DNA of 64,000 nucleotides from Candidatus Omnitrophota bacterium (GCA_025453395.1 JALOQK010000002.1:149625-213624), one strand, 5' to 3'. Positions 9,405 through 19,444 are shown, counted from the first letter of the stretch. Program-made: numbers and translations. The notes: generated by a model from the letters alone, not told the origin.

Positions 9405-9420
9405 AATAAGGCAAAATAAT

Positions 9421-9771
9421 ATGGATAACAATCCGCAAGAAAAAAAAGTGGACGATTCATGGAAAGAAAAGGTAGATAAGGAAAAAGAAGAAACAGCAAG
9501 CAAGCAGGAAGAATTTGCGCCGATTAACCCCGATTTTAAATTTTTTATCACTACCCTGGCTTTACAAGCGGCGATTTCTTTGGGAGATATCCCGAATCCC
9601 GCAACTAATAAGAAAGAGCAGGATCTGGTGCAATCAAAGTTTATGATCGATACCTTGACTATGCTGCAAGAAAAAACAAAAGGCAACCTTAACGAAGAGG
9701 AGAGCAAGCTTTTAGAAAATGTTTTGTATGAATTAAGGATGCAATACGTTTCTAAGGCCAAAAAGGAGTAG
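9421..9771 (+). CDS. DUF1844-family protein
   Basis: Central motif FFITTLALQAAISLGDIPNP...KFMIDTLTMLQEKTKGNL resembles DUF1844. Confidence 0.55.
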   Translation: MDNNPQEKKVDDSWKEKVDKEKEETASKQEEFAPINPDFKFFITTLALQAAISLGDIPNPATNKKEQDLVQSKFMIDTLTMLQEKTKGNLNEEESKLLENVLYELRMQYVSKAKKE

Positions 9772-9773
9772 AA

Positions 9774-9935
9774 ATGCTTGATAAGGAATTGCTGGATATC
9801 TTGGCTTGTCCGGCCTGCAAGGGCGATGTGGAATATGACCAGAAAGACAGTAAGATTATCTGTAAATCCTGTGGGAGGAAATATCCGGTGCGCGAAGGCG
9901 TGCCTGTCATGTTGATCGATGAAGCAGAAAAATAA
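9774..9935 (+). CDS. Trm112-family small zinc-ribbon protein (UPF0434); not in the ORF track
   Basis: 53 aa with paired CxxC motifs (ACPACKG...[18 protein letters not shown]), typical of Trm112/YcaR. Confidence 0.6.
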   Translation: MLDKELLDILACPACKGDVEYDQKDSKIICKSCGRKYPVREGVPVMLIDEAEK

Positions 9936-9936
9936 A

Positions 9937-10386
9937 ATGAAAAAAATCTTGGTCATCCACGGTCCCAATCTGGATCTTCTGGGCAAAAGAGAGCCGCAGG
10001 TTTACGGCCGGGTTACTCTGGATCAAATTAACAAAAGCCTGAAGAAAACAGCTAAATCTCTGGGCTTAAGCCTTTCTATTTTCCAGTCTAACCACGAGGG
10101 TAAGCTGGTGGATTTAATCGGCAAGTCAAAAGGAAAATTTAGCGGTATTTTGATAAACCCGGCCGCTTACACGCATACAAGCGTTGCCATCCGTGATGCT
10201 ATCGCCGCCTGTGGCGTTGTGACGGTAGAAGTGCATCTTTCCAATATCCATTGCCGCGAAGAATTCCGCCGTAATTGCCTTATCACCCCTGTTGTCAAGG
10301 GCACGATTTTAGGTTTTGGCGCGGCAAGCTACATTTTAGGCTTAAAAGCTTTAAAACAATGCCTTGATGATACAGCTAATCCATAG
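9937..10386 (+). CDS. aroQ: 3-dehydroquinate dehydratase, type II
   Basis: N-terminal motif [17 protein letters not shown] and overall length about 150 aa. Confidence 0.85.
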   Translation: MKKILVIHGPNLDLLGKREPQVYGRVTLDQINKSLKKTAKSLGLSLSIFQSNHEGKLVDLIGKSKGKFSGILINPAAYTHTSVAIRDAIAACGVVTVEVHLSNIHCREEFRRNCLITPVVKGTILGFGAASYILGLKALKQCLDDTANP

Positions 10387-11419
10387 ACTAAAAGAAAAGA
10401 AGCTTGACGCTATTCTTGTTTCCTGCCAGCAGAATATTTCTTACCTATTAAATTATCCTAGCAGGGATTCTTATTTGATTTTCTCCGGATCAGGGAATTT
10501 CTATTTTACTGATTCGCGTTATACCCACCAAGCGCGAAAAGCGCTTGGCGGTTCATGCATGGTAATTGAATTCAACGGTTCTTTTGCCCAGACGATATCC
10601 TCTTGGATTAAGAAATTAAAGTTCAAAAGCATTGCTTTTGAGGAAAGAAAGCTTTCTTATGCCGAATATCAGCTTATAAGAAAAGGCCTTGATTATTACC
10701 AGGAGATGATCCCTACTTTCGGGATAGTAGAGTCTTTGCGGGCAATAAAGACAGCTTTTGAAATAGCAAAAATACGCCGTGCTGTGGATATCGCAATCGA
10801 AGCCTTTGGTTTTGCCGCGGAAGTGATCAAGCCGGAAGTCAAAGAGATAGAAGTATGTTCTAAACTGGAGTCGTTTATCCGTTGCCGGGGGGCAACTGGC
10901 GCCAGTTTCCAGATTATTGTGGCTTCTGGAGAGAATTCCAGCTTCCCGCACCATATAAGCTCAAGCCGAAAGATAAAGAATAACGAGCCGGTGCTTTTGG
11001 ATATGGGGGCGGATTATCAAGGCTATAAATCCGACTTGACAAGGGTCTTTTTTTTAGGTAAAATTAAAAATTCATTCTCTAATATATATAATGTAGTATT
11101 AGAGGCGCAAAAGAAGGCGATTCAGGCGCTGCAAAATGGGCAGAGGAGGCCTGACAAGATAGATGAAGTTGCCCGGGATCATATCAAAAATAAGGGGTTT
11201 GGCCGTTTTTTCAAGCATAGCCTTGGGCATGGCGTGGGCCTAGAAGTCCATGAATCTCCAAACCTATCCAAATATGAAACTTCTTGCCTTAAGCCGGGCA
11301 TGGTTTTTACCGTTGAGCCGGCAATTTATCTTCCGGGCAAGTTCGGGGTAAGAATAGAAGACATGTGTTTAATAACTAAGAATAAAGTGGAGGTTCTAAG
11401 TGGCGCTCTCAATAAATGA
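10364..11419 (+). CDS. Xaa-Pro aminopeptidase / M24 family metallopeptidase
   Basis: Creatinase/prolidase N-domain plus M24 pita-bread fold with metal ligands ([22 protein letters not shown]). Conserved position upstream of efp. Confidence 0.85.
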   Translation: MMIQLIHRLKEKKLDAILVSCQQNISYLLNYPSRDSYLIFSGSGNFYFTDSRYTHQARKALGGSCMVIEFNGSFAQTISSWIKKLKFKSIAFEERKLSYAEYQLIRKGLDYYQEMIPTFGIVESLRAIKTAFEIAKIRRAVDIAIEAFGFAAEVIKPEVKEIEVCSKLESFIRCRGATGASFQIIVASGENSSFPHHISSSRKIKNNEPVLLDMGADYQGYKSDLTRVFFLGKIKNSFSNIYNVVLEAQKKAIQALQNGQRRPDKIDEVARDHIKNKGFGRFFKHSLGHGVGLEVHESPNLSKYETSCLKPGMVFTVEPAIYLPGKFGVRIEDMCLITKNKVEVLSGALNK

Positions 11420-11963
11420 AGTCAAAGTCGGAGTAACTATATTTGTGGACAGCCAAGTATGGCTTGTAGTAGATACCCAGCATGTAAAGCCGGGCAAGGG
11501 AGCGGCATTTGTGCGCGCGAAACTGCGCAATCTTAAGAATTCCAGTATTCAGGATATGACCTTTCGGGGCGATGAAAAAGTTGAAGAGGCATTTGTGGAG
11601 GAGCGCAAGCTTCAATATCAATATTCAAGCGGCGATACCTTCCATTTTATGGACCAGGAGACATTTGAAGATATCTCTATTCCCGAGGAGGCGTTAGCAG
11701 AGAGAAAGAAATTCCTCAAGGATAACATTGATGTGAGCGCCTATTTCTATAAGGACGATCTTTTAAACGTTAATCTGCCTAATTTCATTGAATGTGTGGT
11801 TAAAAGTTCTGAGCCGGGTATCCGCGGAGATACCGCCAAAAGCGGCACAAAGCCGGCGATGCTGGAAACTGGAGCGGTAATACAGGTGCCGCTTTTTATC
11901 AATGAGGGAGACAAGATCAAAGTTGATACGCGCACTGGCTCATACGTAGAACGGGTACCTTAA
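11400..11963 (+). CDS. efp: Translation elongation factor P
   Basis: GTG start after SD aagtggagg. KPGKGAAFVRAKLRNL motif containing the modified Lys. 187 aa. Confidence 0.9.
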   Translation: MALSINEVKVGVTIFVDSQVWLVVDTQHVKPGKGAAFVRAKLRNLKNSSIQDMTFRGDEKVEEAFVEERKLQYQYSSGDTFHFMDQETFEDISIPEEALAERKKFLKDNIDVSAYFYKDDLLNVNLPNFIECVVKSSEPGIRGDTAKSGTKPAMLETGAVIQVPLFINEGDKIKVDTRTGSYVERVP

Positions 11964-11983
11964 GCCATAAGGGGGGACCAGAT

Positions 11984-12445
11984 ATGAATTTAAAAGAAAT
12001 CAAGGAAATGCTTAATTTGATGAGTGAGAATGACCTGGTTGAGCTTGAGATTGAAAAAGAAGGCATGCGCGTGCGCCTGAAGAAGATGGGCTCTGGCAGT
12101 CTTGAACATCACGCGCCGATTATGATTGAAAGGCAGAATACCGCGCAGCTTTCTTCAAGCGGCCAGCCTGTTGTTAAGCCTCAAGAGCAGGCGGATTCCT
12201 CCCGCTCTGTAGAAATTAAATCTCCCATGGTGGGGACTTTTTATCGCGCTCCTTCTCCGGAGGCGCCTCCTTATATTGAGGTGGGGCAGATAGTTGAACC
12301 GGGCCAGGTTATTTGCATTATTGAAGCCATGAAATTAATGAACGAAATAAAATCAGAGATCAAAGGCCGGGTTGCGGAAGTCTTGGCGGATAATGCCGAA
12401 CCGGTTGAATACGGGCAGTCGTTGTTTCTGGTGGAGCCGGTATAA
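11984..12445 (+). CDS. accB: Acetyl-CoA carboxylase biotin carboxyl carrier protein
   Basis: C-terminal biotinyl domain with EAMKLMNEI (biotinylated Lys). Confidence 0.9.
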   Translation: MNLKEIKEMLNLMSENDLVELEIEKEGMRVRLKKMGSGSLEHHAPIMIERQNTAQLSSSGQPVVKPQEQADSSRSVEIKSPMVGTFYRAPSPEAPPYIEVGQIVEPGQVICIIEAMKLMNEIKSEIKGRVAEVLADNAEPVEYGQSLFLVEPV

Positions 12446-12720
12446 ATTAAGGTTAAATGAGGTTGCATGAAGTTACATGAGGTTAAATGAGGTTGCAAAA
12501 AGCAAAATCAAATAAATATTTTTGAGCAGGTTAAATGAGGTTGCAAAAAGCAAAATCAAATAAATATTTTTGAGCAGGTTAAATGAGGTTACATGAAGTT
12601 AAATAAGGTTAATTGAAGTTGCAGAAAAAAGCGTTAAGATTATAAAAGTAACCTCATGTAACCTCATGTAACGTTATATAACCTCATGTAACTTTGTAAC
12701 TTTATTGAGGGAGTTTTTAT
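12446..12720. repeat. Complex repeat region with a 10-bp phased motif family
   Basis: Units ggttaaatga / ggttgcatga / agttacatga. The 16-bp motif GGTTAAATGAGGTTGC occurs 4 times. A perfect 48-bp tandem duplication lies at 12481-12576. Inverted copies (taacctcatgtaac x3) at 12649-12700 form a large imperfect palindrome. Confidence 0.8.
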
Positions 12721-12721
12721 T

Positions 12722-14083
12722 ATGTTTTCTAAGATTTTGATTGCTAATCGTGGCGAGATCGCCTTAAGAATTATCCGCGCCTGCCATGAAATGGGCATCC
12801 GCACTGTCGCGGTATATTCTGAAGCTGACCGTGAATCGCTGCATGTGCGTTTTGCCGACGAAGCGATTTGCATCGGACAGGCCGCCTCAAGCACAAGCTA
12901 CCTTAATATTCCTTCCATCATAAGCGCTGCAGAGATTACCGATGTTGATGCCATACATCCGGGTTACGGGTTTTTAGCCGAGAATCCGCATTTTGCCGAA
13001 GTCTGCCAGTCTTGTAATATTGCTTTTATTGGGCCTACTGCGGAGAATATACGTTTGATGGGCGATAAGATGACCGCGCGTACTACCATGCAAAAAGCCG
13101 GACTTCCGATTATTCCGGGAAGCCCCGCGGTTATCCGCGACAAGGAAGATGCCTTAAAAATCGCCAAAAAGATCGGTTACCCGGTAATTATTAAAGCTGC
13201 CGCAGGCGGCGGCGGCAAAGGCATGCGTATTTGCCATAATGATATTCGTTTAGTGGCAAGTTTAATGACCGCTAAAAAAGAGGCAGAGGCCAATTTCGGC
13301 AACGCCAATGTGTATATAGAAAAATATCTTGAAAAGCCCCGGCATATCGAGATTCAGCTTTTAGCGGATAAATATGGGCATATTGTGCATCTGGGCGAGC
13401 GTGACTGCAGTATTCAAAGACGCCATCAAAAATTAGTAGAAGAATCTCCTTCGCCGGCCTTGGATGCAAAATCACGCAAGCGCCTGGGAGAAATGGCCGC
13501 GAAAGCAGCCAAGTCCGTGGGGTATTCTAATGTCGGGACAATGGAATTCCTCATGGATGATAAGCAGAATTTCTACTTCATGGAGATGAATACCCGTATT
13601 CAGGTTGAGCACCCGGTTACAGAAATGGTCACCGGAATTGATCTGATTAAAGAGCAGATTAAGTCTGCCGCAGGCGAAAAATTACGCTTACAGCAGGACG
13701 ATATAAAAATAACCGGCGCTTGCATCGAGTGCCGCATTAACGCTGAAGATTACAGCAATAATTTCATGCCTTCTCCCGGGAAGATTGAATTCTTAAACCT
13801 TCCCGGAGGCCCGGGGGTGCGCGTGGACACGCACGTGTATTCCGGGTATCAGATTTCTCCTTATTACGATTCTTTGGCAGCAAAACTTATTTGCTATGGG
13901 AAAAACAGGCAGGAGGCGTTAAAGACGATGCGCCGCGCCCTGGGAGAGTTTATAATTTCCCCAATTAAAACTACTGTAGATTTTCATCAGGCGCTTCTTG
14001 ATAACGAGCTTTTTGTCAAGGGTGACATCTCCACGCATTTTGTGCAGGATAAAATGCTCAAAGAAGAAAAGCAAGAGGAGTAA
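12722..14083 (+). CDS. accC: Acetyl-CoA carboxylase biotin carboxylase subunit
   Basis: Full-length ATP-grasp biotin carboxylase ([21 protein letters not shown]..., GGGGKGMR). Confidence 0.95.
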   Translation: MFSKILIANRGEIALRIIRACHEMGIRTVAVYSEADRESLHVRFADEAICIGQAASSTSYLNIPSIISAAEITDVDAIHPGYGFLAENPHFAEVCQSCNIAFIGPTAENIRLMGDKMTARTTMQKAGLPIIPGSPAVIRDKEDALKIAKKIGYPVIIKAAAGGGGKGMRICHNDIRLVASLMTAKKEAEANFGNANVYIEKYLEKPRHIEIQLLADKYGHIVHLGERDCSIQRRHQKLVEESPSPALDAKSRKRLGEMAAKAAKSVGYSNVGTMEFLMDDKQNFYFMEMNTRIQVEHPVTEMVTGIDLIKEQIKSAAGEKLRLQQDDIKITGACIECRINAEDYSNNFMPSPGKIEFLNLPGGPGVRVDTHVYSGYQISPYYDSLAAKLICYGKNRQEALKTMRRALGEFIISPIKTTVDFHQALLDNELFVKGDISTHFVQDKMLKEEKQEE

Positions 14084-14086
14084 TCT

Positions 14087-14434
14087 ATGAAACAGGAAGA
14101 ACGCTCAGATTTAGGGATGGTCAAGATCCATCGTAATGTTGTGGCGTCCATTGCTTCTTTGGCCGCCCAAGACATAGAGGGGGTAAAGCGGGTGGGGTTT
14201 ATCCGCATGGGTTTTATGGAATTTCTTACTTCTAAGGCGGCATCTTGCATAAAAGTGGAATTTGAGAAAAATGAAGACGTCAAAGTGCAGATACCATTAG
14301 TAGTCAAATATGATTACAATATCGCTGATGTATCGTCTAAGGTGCAGGAAAACGTGCGCTCCAGCTTAGAAAGAATGACCAGTCTTTTTATAAAAGAAAT
14401 AAGCATAAATGTCCAGGGTGTGGAGAGGGGGTAA
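14087..14434 (+). CDS. Asp23/Gls24-family envelope stress protein
   Basis: Motif VKIHRNVVASIASLAAQDIEGV. It sits in the position of B. subtilis yqhY after accC. Confidence 0.8.
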   Translation: MKQEERSDLGMVKIHRNVVASIASLAAQDIEGVKRVGFIRMGFMEFLTSKAASCIKVEFEKNEDVKVQIPLVVKYDYNIADVSSKVQENVRSSLERMTSLFIKEISINVQGVERG

Positions 14435-14437
14435 GAT

Positions 14438-15046
14438 ATGCGCATATTAAGCACTATAGGTATAATCTTTTACGCGGTGGTGTTGATATTTATTGGGTTG
14501 GCTTTAATTATCTTTTCCCTTAATGTTTTCCTGCCGCAGGACATAAACGGGATTTTTACCTCTTTGCAGGAAAATGTTAACAGCCGGGTTATTATCGGCA
14601 CAGCCGGAGTGGTCCTTATTGTAGTTAGCTTCTCGCTGGCCCAGCTTATTTTGGGCAGGTATCAAAGAGAGAAGACAATCGCCTTTGACACTGCATCAGG
14701 AGAGGTGACGGTGGCTCTGGGGGCAGTGGAAGATTTAATCAAGAGACTTGTGGTTTTCTTGCCAGAGATAAAAGAATTAAGGCCGGATGTAGTAGCTAGT
14801 AAAAAAGGCATATCCGTTGATTTAAGGGTGGTGCTTAAATCCGAAACCAATATCCCGGATATGACTATGCGGCTTCAGGAAATTACCAAAAGTAAGATTC
14901 AGGAAGTGTTAGGCCTTGATGAGCCGGTTACCATACGCATACATATAGCCAAGATAAGTTCTATTGAAGATAAAGATAAAGATAGAAGAAAACACGATGC
15001 ACAGCAAATGCCCTCGATACCTTTTAGCGGGTATAACAGGGTTTAA
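14438..15046 (+). CDS. Membrane protein, probably an AmaP-like alkaline shock response membrane anchor
   Basis: Two N-terminal TM helices followed by a soluble domain. Located immediately downstream of the Asp23 gene. Confidence 0.45.
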   Translation: MRILSTIGIIFYAVVLIFIGLALIIFSLNVFLPQDINGIFTSLQENVNSRVIIGTAGVVLIVVSFSLAQLILGRYQREKTIAFDTASGEVTVALGAVEDLIKRLVVFLPEIKELRPDVVASKKGISVDLRVVLKSETNIPDMTMRLQEITKSKIQEVLGLDEPVTIRIHIAKISSIEDKDKDRRKHDAQQMPSIPFSGYNRV

Positions 15047-15062
15047 AAGGAGGAAGTAGAAA

Positions 15063-16091
15063 ATGCACAGGATAGGTATTCTTACCGGAGGAGGAGATTG
15101 TCCGGGTTTAAATCCGGTAATAAGGGCGGTAGTCAGAAAGGCTTTATTAGAGGGCTATGAAATTGTCGGAATCAAAAACGGGTGGAAAGGCATAATTGAG
15201 GCTGATATCATGCCGTTAAATTTAGATGCGGTTTCCGGGATCCTGCCCAAGGGCGGGACAATCTTAGGGACAAGCCGTACCAACCCTTATAAAAAACCCG
15301 AGGACGTGCAGAAGGTAAAAGATAATTTCAAGAAACTGCAATTAGACGCTTTGGTCGCTATTGGCGGAGAAGATACATTAGGGGTGGCTTCAAAGCTTTT
15401 TAAGGAAGGCTTAAACATCGTGGGCGTTCCTAAGACAATAGATAATGATTTGTCTGCCACAGACTATACCTTTGGTTTTGATACCGCGATCAATATCGCT
15501 ACGGAATGCATTGATCGTTTACACTCAACCGCGGAAAGCCATCATCGTATTATTGTCGCCGAGGTAATGGGCAGGCACGCAGGGTGGATCGCCCTTGAGT
15601 CGGGTATTGCCGGAGGAGCGGATGTGATCCTTATCCCTGAAATCCCTATTGATATGGAGCAGGTTTGCCAGATTATTAAAAAACGCCACGCCCGGGGCAA
15701 GACTTTTAGTATTGTGGTTGTAGCTGAAGGCGCGCATTTTAAGCAGTCAGATATGGTTTTGCAGGAGCAGAAACTGGATTCTTTTGGCCATGTGCGTTTA
15801 GGCGGGATAGGCGAGATCTTAGCCGGCGAGATCGAAAAGAGGACCGGCTTCGAAACCCGGGTAAGCGTGTTCGGGCATATCCAGCGCGGCGGCAGCCCCA
15901 CAGCGTTTGACCGTGTTTTAGGCACCCGTTTTGGAGTAAAAGCAGTACAGCTTATTCAGGAAAAGAAATTTGGCAGGATGGTAGCTTTGTCCGGGATTAA
16001 AATAATCGATGTCGCGCTTGAGGACGCGGTAAAGGCCTTAAAGACTGTGGATATGGAACTTTACGATATCGCTAAAGTATTCTTTGGATAA
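15063..16091 (+). CDS. pfp: 6-phosphofructokinase, predicted pyrophosphate-dependent (PPi-PFK)
   Basis: PFK-A family (GILTGGGDCPGLN, PKTIDND). The residues equivalent to E. coli G104 and G124 are Asp (GGEDT) and Lys (PKTIDND), the pair diagnostic of PPi-dependent enzymes. Confidence 0.8.
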   Translation: MHRIGILTGGGDCPGLNPVIRAVVRKALLEGYEIVGIKNGWKGIIEADIMPLNLDAVSGILPKGGTILGTSRTNPYKKPEDVQKVKDNFKKLQLDALVAIGGEDTLGVASKLFKEGLNIVGVPKTIDNDLSATDYTFGFDTAINIATECIDRLHSTAESHHRIIVAEVMGRHAGWIALESGIAGGADVILIPEIPIDMEQVCQIIKKRHARGKTFSIVVVAEGAHFKQSDMVLQEQKLDSFGHVRLGGIGEILAGEIEKRTGFETRVSVFGHIQRGGSPTAFDRVLGTRFGVKAVQLIQEKKFGRMVALSGIKIIDVALEDAVKALKTVDMELYDIAKVFFG

Positions 16092-16117
16092 GAAAACGCA
16101 AAAGAAAGAAGATTAAG

Positions 16118-16690
16118 ATGAGAGATAGAATACAGGACGTGTTATTGGAAAGTATTCATGTAAAAGAAACTATTTTGCGTAATCAGATAAGTGAGATCAA
16201 GGCCATGGCTGAGATTATGATTGAAGCCCTAAGGAAAGGTGGCAAGGTTATTCTTTTTGGCAACGGGGGTTCTGCTGGGGATTGTCAGCATATTGCCGCG
16301 GAGCTAGTAGGCAGGTTTAAAAAAGATAGAGGGGCTTTAGCCGGGATCGCGCTTACCACTAATACCTCTATTATAACTTCTTTGGCTAATGATTACGGAT
16401 ATGATGTTGTTTTCGCCAAGCAGGTTGAGGCCTTAGGCCAGAAAAACGATATTGCCTTGGGCATATCCACAAGCGGCAAAGCCAAGAATGTGGCGTTGGG
16501 TTTAAAACAGGCCAAGAAAATGGGCTTAAAAACCATTGCCTGGAGCGGAGGCGACGGAGGAGAGATCTGCCGTATTGCTGATGTATCCTTTGTGGTCCCG
16601 TCCAGCATTACCGCGCGCGTGCAGGAAGCGCACATTACCGTGGGCCATATCATATGCGAACTGATAGAGCAGGAACTTTGTCAGGCCTGA
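16118..16690 (+). CDS. gmhA: D-sedoheptulose-7-phosphate isomerase (SIS domain)
   Basis: SIS domain with GNGGSAGDCQH and ISTSGKAKN motifs. Confidence 0.85.
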   Translation: MRDRIQDVLLESIHVKETILRNQISEIKAMAEIMIEALRKGGKVILFGNGGSAGDCQHIAAELVGRFKKDRGALAGIALTTNTSIITSLANDYGYDVVFAKQVEALGQKNDIALGISTSGKAKNVALGLKQAKKMGLKTIAWSGGDGGEICRIADVSFVVPSSITARVQEAHITVGHIICELIEQELCQA

Positions 16691-17163
16691 AGATAAAAAC
16701 TCTCTCTGGGCTAAAAAAGAAAATCCTTTTTCTAAAGAGAAAAGGCAAGAGGATAGTATTTACCAATGGCTGTTTTGACATATTGCATTACGGGCATGTG
16801 ATGTACCTTCAAAAGGCTAGAAGCTACGGGGATATTTTAGTGGTTGGCTTGAACAGCGACCTTTCTGTCCGTAAGCTAAAAGGTGAAAACCGGCCCATCG
16901 TCGGTGAAAAAGACCGCGCGCGCGTATTAGCAGCTTTGGCTTGCGTGGATTATGTGGTTTTATTTCAAGAAGATACGCCTATTAAATTAATTCGTTCTCT
17001 TAAGCCTGATGTGCTTGTCAAGGGAGCGGATTGGGAAAATAAATATATCGCCGGCAGCTGCGAAGTGAAAGAGTCAGGCGGCAGGGTTGTTACTGTTAAT
17101 CTGGCGGCTGGCCGCTCAACAACAAACATTATTCAAAAGATCCTTGAGAAAAGCAAAAGCTGA
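16654..17163 (+). CDS. D-glycero-beta-D-manno-heptose 1-phosphate adenylyltransferase (RfaE domain II / HldC-like cytidylyltransferase fold)
   Basis: FTNGCFDILHYGH nucleotidyltransferase motif. Adjacent to gmhA. Confidence 0.8.
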   Translation: MRTDRAGTLSGLKIKTLSGLKKKILFLKRKGKRIVFTNGCFDILHYGHVMYLQKARSYGDILVVGLNSDLSVRKLKGENRPIVGEKDRARVLAALACVDYVVLFQEDTPIKLIRSLKPDVLVKGADWENKYIAGSCEVKESGGRVVTVNLAAGRSTTNIIQKILEKSKS

Positions 17164-17217
17164 TTGCATTAACCGGATACTGGACGCTAACGCTAACCGT
17201 TTAAAAGAGGGCTGGCG

Positions 17218-17602
17218 GGTGTGTGAAGAAGTGTCCCGGTTTATCCTGAATGACCGTCTTTTAAGCGCCGGTTTTAAAAGGATGCGCCACAAGACAGATA
17301 TCCTTTTAAAAGAGCTTTTAAGCTGCGCTTTCTTAGAGTCGCGGGACAGCCTGAAAGACGTGGGCCTAAAATGCAAGCAGCCTTCGGAATTTGCGCGCAA
17401 GAATTGGCAGGATATATTTTTTGCCAATATGCAAAGGGTCAAAGAGTCGTTGCGGGTATTAGAAGAGTTTTCTAAATTAAAAAGCGGCCCGGTTTCATTG
17501 CAATTTAAGCGTATCCGTTATGGCGCCTACGAGTTGGAGAAAAGAACGGTTAAAAAAATCCTTAGTCTGCGTGATATTAGACACAGGGGTGCTGAAAAAT
17601 AA
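17218..17602 (+). CDS. Hypothetical protein upstream of thiE; the 3' end overlaps thiE in another frame
   Basis: ORF with a candidate GTG start after SD agaggg. No family is confidently recognised. The ORF-track version begins inside the upstream gene. Confidence 0.3.
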
Positions 17603-18164
17603 GGATTTGTTTATGGCATCCCGCAGGCTTGCCGGGGGGGCAGCCTGCATGGTCCAGTTCAGGGCCAAAGATAAAACCCCGGATGAGATTTATAGTTTAG
17701 CATCAGAATTAAAAAAGATCTTTGAAGAAAAAGGCGTTATTTTTATTATTAATGATCATCTTGAAATAGCGCATTTGCTGGATGTTGACGGGCTTCACGT
17801 CGGACAAAGCGATACGCACGCGCGTTTGGCAAGAAGTATTTTGGGGCAAGATAAAATAATCGGTGTTTCCTGTTCTAATTTAAAAGAAGCGATTCTTGCC
17901 CAAGAAGCTGGCGCGGATTATTTAGGCGTTGGCGCGGTGTTTGCCACGCCCACCAAATCCGACGCGCAAACGACAAGCCTTAAAACAATAACCGATATTT
18001 CAAGGAAAATAAAGCTGCCATTTTTTGCTATAGGCGGGGTAACCAGGGATAATATATCAAGGGTGGTTTCCTGCGGAGTAAGAAAAGTGGCGGTCTGCAG
18101 AGACGTTCTTGAAGCCAAAGATATGGCAAAAGCAGTAGCCGTTCTAAAGGAAAAACTAAGATGA
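17520..18164 (+). CDS. thiE: Thiamine-phosphate synthase
   Basis: ThiE motifs (LVCVILDTG, VQFRAKDK, IINDHLEIA, DGLHVGQSD, GADYLGVGAVFATPTK, FAIGGV). Confidence 0.8.
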   Translation: MAPTSWRKERLKKSLVCVILDTGVLKNKDLFMASRRLAGGAACMVQFRAKDKTPDEIYSLASELKKIFEEKGVIFIINDHLEIAHLLDVDGLHVGQSDTHARLARSILGQDKIIGVSCSNLKEAILAQEAGADYLGVGAVFATPTKSDAQTTSLKTITDISRKIKLPFFAIGGVTRDNISRVVSCGVRKVAVCRDVLEAKDMAKAVAVLKEKLR

Positions 18165-19444
18165 CTCAATTAGAAGCTGCCAAGAAAAATATCATCACTG
18201 CATTAGTGGAAGAAATAGCCAAGAGTGAATCCATACCCGCAGAAGTTTTATCCTGCCTGATTAAAAAATCCAAAGCCGTAATTCCGCTTAATAAAAACCA
18301 TAGGGTTGCCCGTCCGTTTGCGGTTGGGATGGGCCTTAGGACTAAGGTCAATGCCAATATCGGCACCTCTACAGATCATCCTGACATAGAAGAAGAATTA
18401 AAAAAGCTTGACGCGGCCTGCAGCGCAGGGGCAGACGCGGTTATGGATTTAAGCGTGGGGGCAGATATTGCGCTTATACGAAAAAAAATAATTGATTCTT
18501 CTCCTGTTCCCGTGGGCACCGTGCCGATTTATGAAATCGCGGTAAATTCCGCCAGCAGAAAAAATAAGCCACTTGGTTTTGATATTGAGGACATCCTTGA
18601 GGTCTTGCAGCTTCAGGCAAAACAAGGGGTGGATTTCTTTACGATACACGCGGGAGTTACCATAAAAAGCGTGGAAGCCTTAAACAGATCAAAAAGGATC
18701 ATGGGAGTCGTTTCTCGTGGAGGGGCGATTTTAGCGGCATGGATTAAAACCCATAAGAAAGAAAACCCCTTTTATGAGCATTTTGATAAGATTCTGGATA
18801 TAGCCTATGAGCATGATGTTTGTTTAAGCTTAGGGGATGCCTTAAGGCCGGGTTCGATATTTGACGCTACGGACAAAGCCCAAATCGCGGAATTAAAAAT
18901 TCTAGGAGAGCTTGCCGCAAGGGCAAACAAGAAAAACGTGCAGGTGATGATTGAGGGGCCGGGGCATGTGCCTTTAAATCAGGTGAAGAAGAATATTCTT
19001 TTAGAGAAAAAGATTTGTAAGGGCGCGCCGTTTTATGTCTTGGGCCCTTTGGTCACTGATGTTGCTGCCGGATACGACCATATAAGCGCCAGTATCGGAG
19101 GGGCGCTGGCGGCAAGTTACGGGGCGGATTTCCTCTGTTATGTGACCCCGTCGGAACACCTGCGCCATCCGGATATCAATGATGTAAAAGAGGGGGTAAT
19201 CGCTTCGCGTATTGCCGCTCATGCCGCAGACTTGGTAAAAGGGGTAAAATCAGCCTGGGAGTGGGATAAAAAGATGTCCCTGGCCCGAAGAGCCCGTGAT
19301 TGGAATAAGCAGATAGAGTTATCCATTGACCCTGTTAAAGCAAAAGAATACAGAATGTCATCGCGCCCTGCCGACGAGAAAGTTTGCACTATGTGCGGGA
19401 AATATTGTTCTATAAAATTAACTGAAGAATGCATAGAAGCTTGA
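18161..19444 (+). CDS. thiC: Phosphomethylpyrimidine synthase
   Basis: ThiC radical-SAM family. C-terminal CTMCGKYCS cluster motif. Start overlaps the thiE stop (ATGA). Confidence 0.95.
   Translation: MTQLEAAKKNIITALVEEIAKSESIPAEVLSCLIKKSKAVIPLNKNHRVARPFAVGMGLRTKVNANIGTSTDHPDIEEELKKLDAACSAGADAVMDLSVGADIALIRKKIIDSSPVPVGTVPIYEIAVNSASRKNKPLGFDIEDILEVLQLQAKQGVDFFTIHAGVTIKSVEALNRSKRIMGVVSRGGAILAAWIKTHKKENPFYEHFDKILDIAYEHDVCLSLGDALRPGSIFDATDKAQIAELKILGELAARANKKNVQVMIEGPGHVPLNQVKKNILLEKKICKGAPFYVLGPLVTDVAAGYDHISASIGGALAASYGADFLCYVTPSEHLRHPDINDVKEGVIASRIAAHAADLVKGVKSAWEWDKKMSLARRARDWNKQIELSIDPVKAKEYRMSSRPADEKVCTMCGKYCSIKLTEECIEA

Noticed and set aside
12446-12720. Possible CRISPR array, given the repeated units between accB and accC
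   Set aside because: Repeat units are 10-48 bp and abut each other with no unique spacers of regular length. Inverted copies are present and no cas genes lie nearby. This is a tandem or inverted repeat block, not CRISPR.
17087-17300. TPP (THI-box) riboswitch upstream of thiE-thiC
   Set aside because: No CUGAGA plus ACCUGAUCUGGAUAAUGCCAGCGUAGGGAA core could be aligned. Most of the candidate region lies inside the coding sequence of the upstream adenylyltransferase gene.
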